Assembly: GCA_020184695.1 (NCBI GenBank)
Contig: JAANOX010000126.1
Location: 620,001-684,000, forward strand
Reading direction: 5' to 3'
DNA from: Histomonas meleagridis 2922-C6/04-290x
Taxonomy: Eukaryota; Protista; Parabasalia
Length of the DNA: 64,000 nucleotides
The notes beneath the pieces were generated by a model. The model did not search any database. It was not told where the DNA came from and was given only the letters and a program-made list of their open reading frames with translations. The position numbers and the translations under genes are program-made. Positions 23,046 to 34,213 of the stretch are shown in pieces. The number at the start of each line of letters is the position of its first letter. The first letter of the stretch is position 1.

Positions 23046-23422
23046 ACACTTTATGTCAAATGTTTTAACTTGTGAATGTGAAAACACTTCAAATGAACAC
23101 TCTGGGACAATTAATGAATAGAATGAATTTGGCTAAACATTTTGCGTGATACAAAATCCCAAAAAATTTATATTCATTAACATAATTGATGTCAATTTTT
23201 TTATTTAATGAAAAGTCTTCATGAAGGAGAATTACGATAGGAATTTCAGAATGACGATGTTTCATGGATCATTCAATTTGCCTATCGTTTGTCTACGGAT
23301 TTTTCACACTAACATTACTTTTATGTATGTTGAAGTAGATTGTCAACTCTTTGTTCACAATTGATTGTTAACTCAAAGAGAAAAATTAAATATAAAAATA
23401 CAAAATATTTACAAAAAAATAA

Positions 23423-24232
23423 TCAGTCAGAAGATGTGTGCGACTCATTAAGAAACTTAAGGAATCGCCGCCCGCAGAATGTTTGACTGAGATTTTGTGT
23501 TGTTTCTTTATTTTGGAGAACAGAAACATTGCTTTTGTGCCGTTTAGTGGTTGCTGTTGGATCAATGATGTTTAAAAGTCTACTGTGATAATTGTTGCGC
23601 CTTTTGTTTGTGACAGGAGAGTGTCTAGTCGAATGTAATTGAGTATTTGGATATTGCATTTCTTCATTTTTGCTTAAATTCTTGATTTCATCCAAAAGTG
23701 AAAACTTCTCTTGGATGTTTCTAATGTCTGTTTCATCTTGTTGGTTTGGAGGATGTGTATCATCAGTTTCCGAATCTTTTTCATTTGTATCAAAATCTAA
23801 ACCAAGAGAAAAGTAGTCGCTATCTCCAAGGTAACTAACAAGTTCATAATCAGAATCTTCAGAATCAGATTTTTGGTTATCTGTATTTGATGAATTTTTT
23901 ACATTTTCTTGATTTTGTAAAATCCTAGGGGAATTGTACTTCCTTTCGGATCTTTCTGTTTCACGCCCAGAAATTTGAGGGGAAATTTCCTTTGGAGAAA
24001 AGCTTGCTGAATTTTGGGCTTCCAATATACAACTTACTTCTGACTCGCTAAAGAGGATGTTAGAATTTTGGAAAACCTTTATTCCTGAATCTTTTTTTGA
24101 TTCAGATTTATTTTTGTTATCTGTAACTTCTCTTCGAAATTTTCGAAATGTAATTGGTTTTTCATCGAAAAGCACCCACCCATTTTGATTGCCTTTTGTG
24201 TATAGTGGACTATTTCCAATTTTGTCATCCAT
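23423..24232 (-). CDS. Hypothetical low-complexity protein (269 aa)
   Basis: Long ATG-initiated ORF, head-to-head with HSP70; no recognisable motif. Confidence 0.6.
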   Translation of the reverse strand: MDDKIGNSPLYTKGNQNGWVLFDEKPITFRKFRREVTDNKNKSESKKDSGIKVFQNSNILFSESEVSCILEAQNSASFSPKEISPQISGRETERSERKYNSPRILQNQENVKNSSNTDNQKSDSEDSDYELVSYLGDSDYFSLGLDFDTNEKDSETDDTHPPNQQDETDIRNIQEKFSLLDEIKNLSKNEEMQYPNTQLHSTRHSPVTNKRRNNYHSRLLNIIDPTATTKRHKSNVSVLQNKETTQNLSQTFCGRRFLKFLNESHTSSD

Positions 24233-24436
24233 ATGGAAAAGCTTGTGTTGTGCAAAATCTTCGAATTTTCTCTACAAAAACGATCGAAAATAATTCAATA
24301 TTGAAACTAGCTGGTCACTTTTTGTAATGGAAATTTTGACCGTTATTATTAAACGTTCTTTTGATTTCAATACTTTAAATGGTCGAATACTTAAATTGAA
24401 TCATTAAATGCTCAACCAAAAAATGCCTTCATAAGA

Positions 24437-24442
24437 TCATTT
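24437..24442 (+). promoter_or_regulatory. Initiator (Inr)-like element TCATTT upstream of HSP70
   Basis: agaTCATTTtttttattATG matches the trichomonad Inr core TCAYTW, about 10 nt before the ATG. Confidence 0.55.
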
Positions 24443-24449
24443 TTTTATT

Positions 24450-26393
24450 ATGTCAGCTATAGGTATTGATTTAGGTACAACATACAGTTGTGTTGGTGTT
24501 TTTAGACACAATCGTGTTGATATTATAGCAAATGATATGGGTAATCGTACAACACCATCTTATGTTGCATTTACAGAAGATGAAAGACTTGTTGGTGATG
24601 CAGCAAAGAACCAAGCAGCCATGAATCCAACAAATACAGTCTTTGATGCCAAGCGTATGATTGGCCGTAAATTTAGTGATCCAGTTGTTCAAAAAGATAT
24701 GCAACATTGGCCATTTAAAGTTGTTCGTGGCGAAGCAGATCGTCCAAGAATTCAAGTCCAATGGAAAGGCGAAACAAAACAATTTTATCCAGAAGAAATC
24801 TCAGCTATGGTCTTAGGCAAAATGAAAGAAATTGCCGAAAGTCAACTTACAGACAAAGTCAAAGATGCAGTTATTACAGTTCCAGCATATTTCAATGATG
24901 GCCAACGTCAAGCCACAAAAGATGCAGGTGTTATTGCAGGATTAAATGTATTACGTATTATTAATGAGCCAACAGCAGCCGCAATTGCATTTGGTCTTAA
25001 CGAGAAATCCGATAAAGAGCGTCATGTTTTAATATTTGATCTTGGCGGCGGTACATTTGATGTTTCATTACTTGATATCGATGGCGGCATGTTCGAAGTT
25101 CGTGCCACAGCAGGTGATACACATCTTGGCGGCGAAGACTTCGATAATCGTATGGTTAATTACTTTGCAGATCGATTCCAAAAGAAGTTCAAATGTGATT
25201 TAAGACAATCGCCGCGTGCATTACGTACATTACGAACAGCATGCGAACGAGCTAAGCGAACATTATCCACAGCCACATCCGCATCAATTGTTTGCGATTC
25301 GTTATATGAAGGTCACGACTTTATGGATAACATTTCACGTGCAATGTTTGAGAACTTAAATGACGAATTATTCAGATCTACAATGACACCAGTTGCACAA
25401 GTATTAAGGGATGCGAACATGTCCAAGTCAGATGTCACCGATATAGTTTTAGTTGGAGGCTCATCACGTATTCCACGTGTCCAACAATTGCTACAAGACT
25501 TCTTCAATGGCAAGCAGCCATGCCGTGGCGTTGATCCGGATGAAGCAGTTGCATATGGCGCAGCAGTGCAAGCGGCAATTATCAAAGGCGATACATCAGA
25601 TACAGTGAAAGATATTTTATTGTTAGATGTTGCTCCACTTTCATTAGGTATCGAAACAGCTGGCGGAATGATGACAGTGCTCATTCCACGTAACACGACG
25701 ATTCCAGCGAAGAAGTCAAATGTCTTCACAACGTTCTCAGATAATCAGCCCGCAGTCACAATCAAAGTTTATGAAGGAGAACGTTCGCGAACATGCGACA
25801 ACAACTTACTTGGCACATTTGATTTAACAGGTATTCCGCCAGCACCACGCGGCGTACCACAGATTGAAGTTACATTCGATGTTAATGCAGATGGTATTAT
25901 GAACGTTTCGGCACAAGATAAGTCGACAGGTAACGTGAAGAAGATCACGATTAAGAATGAGAAAGGACGTCTTTCACAAGCAGATATCGACAAAATGGTT
26001 GCAGACGCAGAGAAGTACAAAGCACAAGATGAAGAAGTGCGTAAGAAAGTGGAAGCGAAGAACGCACTCGAAGGATACTGCTTCGGCGTACGCAACTCAT
26101 TAAATCAAGAGCAGTTCGCTAACGCATTGTCACAATCAGATAAGGACACAATCAACAAGGAAATCAATGACACGCTCGCATGGATCGAGTCTAACCAAGA
26201 CGCAGACGTCGCGACAATCGAAGCGAAGCAGAAGGAACTCGAAGGCAAACTGATGCCAATTATGCAATCAGCTTATCAACATGCAGCAAGCGGCGCACAA
26301 GGCGGAATGCCAGGCGCGAACATGCAAGGAGGAAGTGGAGCATCAGCAAATAGTGGACATTCATCAGGGCCACGTGTTGAAGAAGTCGATTAA
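24450..26393 (+). CDS. HSP70: Cytosolic Hsp70
   Basis: [48 protein letters not shown]-terminal EEVD. Confidence 0.98.
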   Translation: MSAIGIDLGTTYSCVGVFRHNRVDIIANDMGNRTTPSYVAFTEDERLVGDAAKNQAAMNPTNTVFDAKRMIGRKFSDPVVQKDMQHWPFKVVRGEADRPRIQVQWKGETKQFYPEEISAMVLGKMKEIAESQLTDKVKDAVITVPAYFNDGQRQATKDAGVIAGLNVLRIINEPTAAAIAFGLNEKSDKERHVLIFDLGGGTFDVSLLDIDGGMFEVRATAGDTHLGGEDFDNRMVNYFADRFQKKFKCDLRQSPRALRTLRTACERAKRTLSTATSASIVCDSLYEGHDFMDNISRAMFENLNDELFRSTMTPVAQVLRDANMSKSDVTDIVLVGGSSRIPRVQQLLQDFFNGKQPCRGVDPDEAVAYGAAVQAAIIKGDTSDTVKDILLLDVAPLSLGIETAGGMMTVLIPRNTTIPAKKSNVFTTFSDNQPAVTIKVYEGERSRTCDNNLLGTFDLTGIPPAPRGVPQIEVTFDVNADGIMNVSAQDKSTGNVKKITIKNEKGRLSQADIDKMVADAEKYKAQDEEVRKKVEAKNALEGYCFGVRNSLNQEQFANALSQSDKDTINKEINDTLAWIESNQDADVATIEAKQKELEGKLMPIMQSAYQHAASGAQGGMPGANMQGGSGASANSGHSSGPRVEEVD

Positions 26394-26858
26394 ATGAATA
26401 AAATGTAATACAATGAATAAAATTATGTTTCTTTTGTATGTAAGCTAAAAACAGTAAAATTTTGTAAAATAAAATTTGATTCAAACATTTTTATGTGTAA
26501 TACAATAACAAATAGAAAAAAAAAATATTAATTAATTATGAAAGGAAAGTTATATAAAGTCTCTAAAGGCATATTGAATTGATGCAACTAATTATATATT
26601 GTGAACTTCATCAAAAAAATGATTATTTGAATAGTTATTTTATTTATTTTCATATAATAATATCATGAAGCAGCATATAATTTTGTTCGTGTATTTAATT
26701 CATTAAATTTTTTTATTTCTTCTTTTCTCCATTATAGTTTGTATCTTATCATTCTATTTATGATATTGTTTATGGTGTTTTTGAATTGGTCAGAAATGAA
26801 TATCATTGATAATTCTTCAATTCGGAGTCAATTTTGTTTTGAATTGCACTTTTTGCAT

Positions 26859-28805
26859 ATGTCAAGTGAGACACAAATTTTACTTTCACTAAAACAAATT
26901 ATTTTTAAACTAAATGAAGAAAACTTTGAAGAATCTGTTTTAACTTCAATAAAATTGTTGAATCCTGATATCCCTTATTCTTTTAACATTGTAATTTGCA
27001 TGCTGATTTATTCCATATTCATTTTTAAAAAAAGACATGTAAAAATATATTTTGAATATTTAAAAGCAATTGATTTTCAAGAACAAAAAATTAAGAAAAA
27101 TATTAATAAAATAATTGATATTTTCGCTAAATATTTATTACAACAAAAGACACAAGAATCATATTTCCTTCTTGAAAAGATGATTAATAAAGAATTAATT
27201 AATTCAAATTTAGTTGATAACAAATATAGTATGCATTTTTGCACATCATAAAGATAAAGAAGAAATTAATATACATATTCAAAAAAAAGGTCAATATGAA
27301 CTAGTTTTTGAAGAGGAACAACATTCTAATAAACAACTTTTCGTATCGATATGGAGGGATAAATTTATATCAAATTTAGAAGAACTTTCAAAGAATGATT
27401 GGGAACTTCATAAAAAATTAATTAAAGAAGGACATAATCCTAATGAAATTGTGAAAATAATTCGAAATGATGAAATAGAAAAACTTCAAGAAATATCATC
27501 ACAAGAAAATTTTGATTTTAGTCAATTTATTGAACCATCACTTTATGAAAGATGTTCATTTATTAACAATTGGTATGTTACATTAATTGATTATGCCGCA
27601 TTTTTTTCTTCTATTAAATGTTTTAAATATTTACTTATGAATGGTGCAAATGTAAAAAATACAGGTAAATATGCAATTGCAGGTGGAAATTTAGAGATAA
27701 TTCATTTATGTGAACAAAATCATTCATCATTTAAAAGATCATATGAAACAGCAATTCGATTTCATCGAAATGATGTATTTAAATATCTTTATGAAAATAA
27801 AAATATTAAAATTAAAAATTTGGCTCAATTAGGAAGAAAATGTATTTTATATAACAATTATGAAATATTCTTATTTTTGGAAAAAATGGGAATGATAATT
27901 AATGAAGATATGGTTATTCTATCTTTAAATATTGGGAATTTATATCTTCTTAGATATTTTATGAAAAGCAAATGGATATCGAAAAGTTATCAAACATTTG
28001 GAAAAAAAGTTTTTGCAAAAACTCTTTTTAGAATCCATTCATTCGATTAATCCAGAACCAACTAAATTTCTCCTTACACAAAAAAAGAAATTGATATTAA
28101 TGCTAAAGATTTTCATCATTTTTAATCGATATTAATTAAATTATTTTAAAATTTTATGCAAATTTTTGAAATTTTCTTAAATTATTTAAAACGGCGTTAT
28201 TGTATGCAGCTAAGGAAGGTAATGTAGAAATTGTTAAATTACTTGTTGAACAATATAAAATTGATATCTATGTTAAAGATATTCTTAAATTTCATTTGAT
28301 GTTTTTTTAAATTTTTACTTAATATTTATAATAAATTTTTAATGGGAATTTAATAATATTATTCCTACTTCACTTATGTATGCTGCTCAGAAAGGTTTTA
28401 CAGAAATAGTGAAAATATTAATACAAAAAGGTTTTAATTTTTCATTTATAAACGAAACAGATAATTTATTTTAAAATAATAAATTTTTTATTCATGCTTT
28501 ATATCTAATCTATGCATTTGGAATTTCTTTAATTTTTTCTTCACTGCGTTAACTTTCGCAGCTTCAAAAGGTTATATTGATATTGTAAAATTATTGATTG
28601 ACACAGGTTTGACGATAGATGATCCTTTATTTTATTGACTGTTTTTGATGCTTATATTTTTATTCTTCTGTTTCATATATTTTTTTGAAAGTTTATTTAT
28701 TTTTTCCATAGCGCGCTTAAGTGGGCATCTGATAAAGGTCACGATGATGTTGTTAAAATACTTCAATCAAATAATAATAATAATACTCAAGTAGAAAACT
28801 TTTAA
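26859..28805 (+). CDS. DUF3447 + ankyrin-repeat gene A, with 4 ankyrin blocks each preceded by an 80/86-nt frame-breaking spacer
   Basis: NPNEIVKIIRNDEIEKLQ and LIDYAAFFSSIKCFKYLL (DUF3447). Ankyrin blocks start at 28191 (TALLYAAKEG), 28367 (TSLMYAAQKG), 28543 (TALTFAASKG) and 28710 (SALKWASDKG). Homopolymer frameshifts at about 27240 and 28005. Confidence 0.8.
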
Positions 28806-29019
28806 CTAAGATATTTATAAATAAAACTTTTAGAGTTTTGCGTTATTTTTTTTAATCGAGGTATGCAATATACTCTCTGAAGTGGTTCCAGGTGATGATT
28901 TCGTCAAAAACGATAACTTTTATATCAAACGAAGCAAGTCAATATTTCCATTCATTTTGTTAGGGTAAAGTATTGAATAAAATTTCGACAATATTCAAAC
29001 AGACTCTGTCAATTCCAGA

Positions 29020-29253
29020 ATGGAAGAAAAAAAACACCGTTCGCACAATGCAGATATAAGAACTATGCTTGGACACAGAGATATGGATGAAGACATGTAC
29101 GGCACTGAGGGTATAGAAACAAGACTTGGCAAAGATGATTATTACGAGAAAAGCGATTTACTTGCACGAGCAAAAAATATAAAAAGGGAAACAATTTCAC
29201 AAGAAAATCTTCTCCCATTTTTTGAAGTTGATTATTCATTGCTTCAAAACTAA
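29020..29253 (+). CDS. Short hypothetical ORF (77 aa)
   Basis: ATG-initiated and more GC-rich than its flanks; no motif. May be a gene relic. Confidence 0.25.
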   Translation: MEEKKHRSHNADIRTMLGHRDMDEDMYGTEGIETRLGKDDYYEKSDLLARAKNIKRETISQENLLPFFEVDYSLLQN

Positions 29254-29926
29254 TATATCAAATTAAATAATTAACAATTCTGTAAAATTAAATGAATTAT
29301 TTGTTTTGATTTTTCGATTACAAGCTCAACGAAATAGTGTGTAACTCAAACATAAGTAGATTTAAGAGTCTGTTAAATTTATATATATTATTTAACAAAT
29401 TCGTTTTGTTATTAATTACATACTGTATTTAGTTTAAGTTTATACATGTAAAACATTTACTGTGTAAATGGTCAACATTTTTGATAATAGTTACTTCATG
29501 TAATATACACATGCATTCTTTGAAAGTTGAATTAGATGAAGATCTTAATATGTCAATGGATATAAGTTTCAATATAAGTATCAAAATGATAAATTAAATC
29601 ATTGTTTTGATAATCATAAAAAATTATATTTTCCTATTTAGAATATTTTTTTCTTTAACTAGCCATATAAATTTATTCTTGATAGTTTATTTCACAATTT
29701 CGATCTTTAACTATTAATCAATAAGAGAAATATATATATTATTTCATTTTTATTTTATGTAAATACATGCAACATATTCTTCAAAATCTTTTGAAATAAC
29801 ATATGTATTAATTTGAAGTAATGAGGATTTATAGAAATTATCCTATCATATGAGAATATAATGAAAATTTAACATTCAAGTGTTTGACAATTTTCAGACA
29901 AAATAAATATATATATTCCTTTTTCA

Positions 29927-32900
29927 TTAAAGAAGTAAATTAGCAATTTCTGCATGTCCAAATCTGGATGCTAACATATACGCTGTATTAAATAATGTAT
30001 ATATTTTTCCAAATATTATTATGAAATATTAATTTATTAATATAAATTTTATATAAAACATATAAATATCTTTAGCATTAATATCTAGACCTTCTTGTTC
30101 AAGAAGTAATTTAACTATTTCTATTTCACCATATTCAGATGCATACATAAGTGCTGTTTTAAATAATTGATATTATTTCCAAATATTATTATTCAAAAAA
30201 AAATATTGAATAAAACAAATAAATATCTTTAGCATTAATATCAAGGCATTTTTGCTCAAGAAGTAATTTAACTATTTCTATTTGACCATTTGAAGTTACC
30301 CAAATAAGTGCTGTATTAAATAATTTGAATAATTTCCAAACATTGCATTGAAATATCAAATTATTAAGATAAACATAATATAATATATAAAAATATATCT
30401 TTAACATTAATATCAATTCCTTCATGTTTAAGAAGTAATTTAACGATTTCTGTATGATCATTTGAAGATGCCCAAATGAGTATTGTATTAAATTATTTAA
30501 ATGTTTTCCAAATATTATTTTGAAATTTCAAATTATTAAAATATATTTTAAACAAAACAAATAAATATCTTTAATATTAATATCAATTCCTTCATGCTTA
30601 AGAAGTAATTTAGCTATTTCTGTATGACCATTTTCAGATGCTAATCTAAGTGCTGTATTAAATAATTTAAATAATTTCCAAATATTATTTTATATTAGTC
30701 ATATCGATTAAAGCAAATAAATATTTTTAGCATTAATATCAATTCCTTCTTGTTCAAGAAGTAATTTAACTATTTTAGTATTACCATTTTCAGATGCAAT
30801 CATAAGTGCTGTTTCAAATGATTTAAATAATTTCCAAATATTATTTTGAAATATCAAATTATTAAAATAAATTCTAAATAAAACATATAAATATCTTTAG
30901 CATTAATATCTAGACCTTCTTGTTCAAGAAGTAATTTAACTATTTCTGTATTACCATTTTCAGATGCAATCATAAGTGCTGTTTCAAATGATTTAAATAA
31001 TTTCCAAATATTATTTTGAAATATCAAATTATTAAAATAAATATTAAATAAAACAAATAAATATCTTTAGCATTAATATCTAGACCTTCTTGTTCAAGAA
31101 GTAATTTAACTATTTCTGTATTACCATTTTCAGATGCAATCATAAGTGCTGTTTCAAATGATTTAAATAATTTCCAAATATTATTTTGAAATATCAAATT
31201 ATTAAAATAAATTCTAAATAAAACATATAAATATCTTTAGCATTAATATCTAGACCTTCTTGTTCAAGAAGTAATTTAACTATTTTAGTATTACCATTTT
31301 CAGATGCAATCATAAGTGCTGTTTCAAATGATTTAAATAATTTCCAAATATTATTTTGAAATATCAAATTATTAAAATAAATTTCAAATGAAACAAATAA
31401 ATATCTTTAGCATTAATATCTAGACCTTCTTGTTCAAGAAGTAATTTAACTATTTTAGTATTACCATTTTCAGATGCAATCATAAGTGCTGTTTCAAATG
31501 ATTTAAATAATTTCCAAATATTATTTTGAAATCCAAATCTATTAAAATAAATTCTAAATAAAACATATAAATATCTTTAGCATTAATATCTAGACCTTCT
31601 TGTTCAAGAAGTAATTTAACTATTTCTGTATTACCATTTTCAGATGCAATCATAAGTGCTGTTTCAAATGATTTAAATAATTTCCAAATATTATTTTTGA
31701 TATCCTAAATTATTAAAAATAAATATTAAATAAAACAAATAAATATCTTTAGCATTAATATCAATTCCTTCTTGTTCAAGAAGTAATTTAACTATTTCTG
31801 GTTGATCATTTGAAGTTGCTTTCATAAGTGCTGTTCTAAAAAAATTGAATGATTTCCAAATATTGTTTTGAAAAATCAAATTTTTTGAAAAAATAAAAAA
31901 TAAAACAAATAAATATCTTTTAGCATTAAGATCAATTTTTTTATGTTCAAGAAGTAACTTAACTATTTCCGTATAACCATTATAAGATGTTAATATAAGT
32001 GCTGTTTCAAATAATTTAAATAATTTTCAAATATTATTTTGAAATATCAAATTATCAAAATAAATTTCAAATAAATTAAATAAATATTTTTAGCATTAAT
32101 ATCAATTCCTTTATGTTCAAGAAGTAACTTAACTATTTCTGTATTACCTCTTGAAGATGCTAAGAGAAGAACTGTCCAAAATAATATTCACAATTTCCAA
32201 ATATTATTTTGAAATCTTAAATTATCAAAATAAATATTAAATAAAACAAACAAATATCTTTAGCATTAATATCAACTCCTTCGTGTTCAAGAAGTAATTC
32301 AAAGATTTCCATGTACCTCATTATATATGCATAAAGAAGTGCTACATTAAATAAATAACATAATTTTTAAATAATAAGACGAAATATAAAATAAGACGAA
32401 AATATATCTTTTGCATTAATATCAATTCCTTTATGTCCAAGAAGCAATTTAACTATTTCTATATAACCTTTTTTAGTAGCATAAATAAGTGCTGTTCTAT
32501 ATATTTAAAATAATTTCCAAATATTATTTTGAAATATCAAATTATTAAAATAAATTCTAAATAAAACAAATAAATATCTTTAACATTAACATCAATTCCT
32601 TCTTGTTCAAGAAGTAACTTAACTATTTCTATATAACCTTTTTTAGTAGCATAAATAAGTGCTGTTCTATATATTTAAAATAATTTCCAAATATTATTTT
32701 GAAATATCAAATTATTAAAATAAATTCTAAATAAAACAAATAAATATCTTTAACATTAACATCAATTCCTTCTTGTTCAAGAAGTAACTTAACTATTTCT
32801 ATATAACCTTTTTTAGTAGCATAAATAAGTGCTGTATTAAATATTTTAAATAATTTCCAAATATTATTTTGAAATATCAAATTATTAAAATAAATTCTAA

Positions 32901-33095
32901 ATAAAACAAATAAATATCTTTAACATTAACATCAATTCCTTCTTGTTCTAGAAGCAATTTAACTATTTCTATATAACCTTCACTAAATGCTATTATAAGT
33001 GCTGTTTCAAATAATTAAAATAATTTCCAAATATTATTTTAAAATATAAAATTATCAAAATAAATTTCAAATAAATTAAATAAATATTTTTAGCA
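29927..33095 (-). repeat. Tandem array of 19 units of about 170 bp (90-nt ankyrin block + about 80-nt spacer)
   Basis: First codons of blocks at 33005, 32835, 32665, 32495, 32345, 32175, 32005, 31834, 31662, 31492, 31322, 31152, 30982, 30812, 30656, 30486, 30314, 30157 and 29986. Confidence 0.95.
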
Positions 33096-33981
33096 TTAAT
33101 ATCGATTCCTTCTTGTTCTAAAATATATTTAACAAGTTCAATATTTCCTAAAACTGTTGAAAAACCTAAAATATGTGGAAAATGATTTCCTTCAATAAAA
33201 TGTTTTATAGCAAATATATTTCCAATTCTAGATAATTCATTAATAAGAAAATCATTAATTCTCATTCCGTTTTCTAACAAAAACGAAAATATTTCATAAT
33301 TGTTATATAAAATACATTTTCTTCCTAATTGAGCCAAATTTTTTTAATTTTTAATATTTTTTTATTTTTCATAAAGATATTTAAATACATCATTTCGATG
33401 AAATCGAATTGCTGTTTCATATGATCTTTTAAATGATGAATGATTTTGTTCACATAAATGAATTATCTCTAAATTTCCACCTGCAATTGCATATTTACCT
33501 GTATTTTTTACATTTGCACCATTCATAAGTAAATATTTAAAACATTTAATAGAAGAAAAAAATGCGGCATAATCAATTAATGATACATTTTTATTAAATT
33601 TATTAATAAATGAACATCTATCATAATTTGAATAATTAATTATATCATTAACATCAAAATCATTGTACACTGCAATTTCTTGAAGTTTTTTTCGATTTCA
33701 TCATTTCGAATTATTTTTCGCAATTTCATTTGGATTAACTCCTTCTTTAACTAATTTCTTATGAAGTTCAAAGTTATTCTCTGATAGTTCTTTATAATTA
33801 TTTCTGAGATCTTCCATATCTCTAACCAAAGCGAAAATTCACAACACTTTTCAGTAAACACCTGAATGTTTTCAACACATTTTTCGATCGGTTTCAATTT
33901 AATCATGTTCAAAAAGTGAAATCGATATATCCGATTTAATAAAGCTACTAAAATAAGTTCATTGAGCTTAAAATATGTCAT
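29927..33981 (-). CDS. DUF3447 + ankyrin-repeat gene B, with 19 ankyrin blocks each preceded by a frame-breaking spacer
   Basis: DUF3447 motifs at 33362-33670. Then blocks such as TALMIASENGNTEIVKLLLEQEGLDINAKD. The 5' part is broken by homopolymer frameshifts and the true start is uncertain. Confidence 0.75.
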
Positions 33982-34213
33982 TAAATCTGCTACATTGTTT
34001 TAATTTATTTATAATTGGTCAGTGTTTTATAATATTTCTCATATTTAAGAAATATTGTAGAGTAAATTTGGTATTCACTGGTCTAGATATTAGATATATA
34101 ATTCGAAAAAATTTAATTATATATCAAAGAAAAACAAAACAATTAATTAATTAACATTTTATTTATTTCCGCCAAATTTCATTTTACTTTATGATCAATT
34201 TTTGCGTATTCTA

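Noticed and set aside
31070-31152. Canonical GT-AG intron in the ankyrin spacers (GT at spacer position 9, AG in ACAG)
   Set aside because: Excision of 76 nt leaves a frameshift and an early TGA. The GT is absent in several copies and there is no ACTAAC branch site. An AT-AC reading (84 nt) also fails to restore the frame and lacks ATATCCTT.
29927-33095. The 170-bp array as a CRISPR array or plain satellite
   Set aside because: There are no unique spacers and no cas genes, and the context is eukaryotic. The conserved part translates to ankyrin repeats with amino-acid-level conservation.
33340-33372. Programmed frameshifting at homopolymer runs (also about 3478, 27240, 28005, 31920, 42410, 44510)
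   Set aside because: These are isolated single-base shifts in A/T runs. Comparison with the near-identical paralogous segment shows four adjacent runs all inflated, typical of long-read consensus error. They are distinct from the fixed-position 80-nt spacers.
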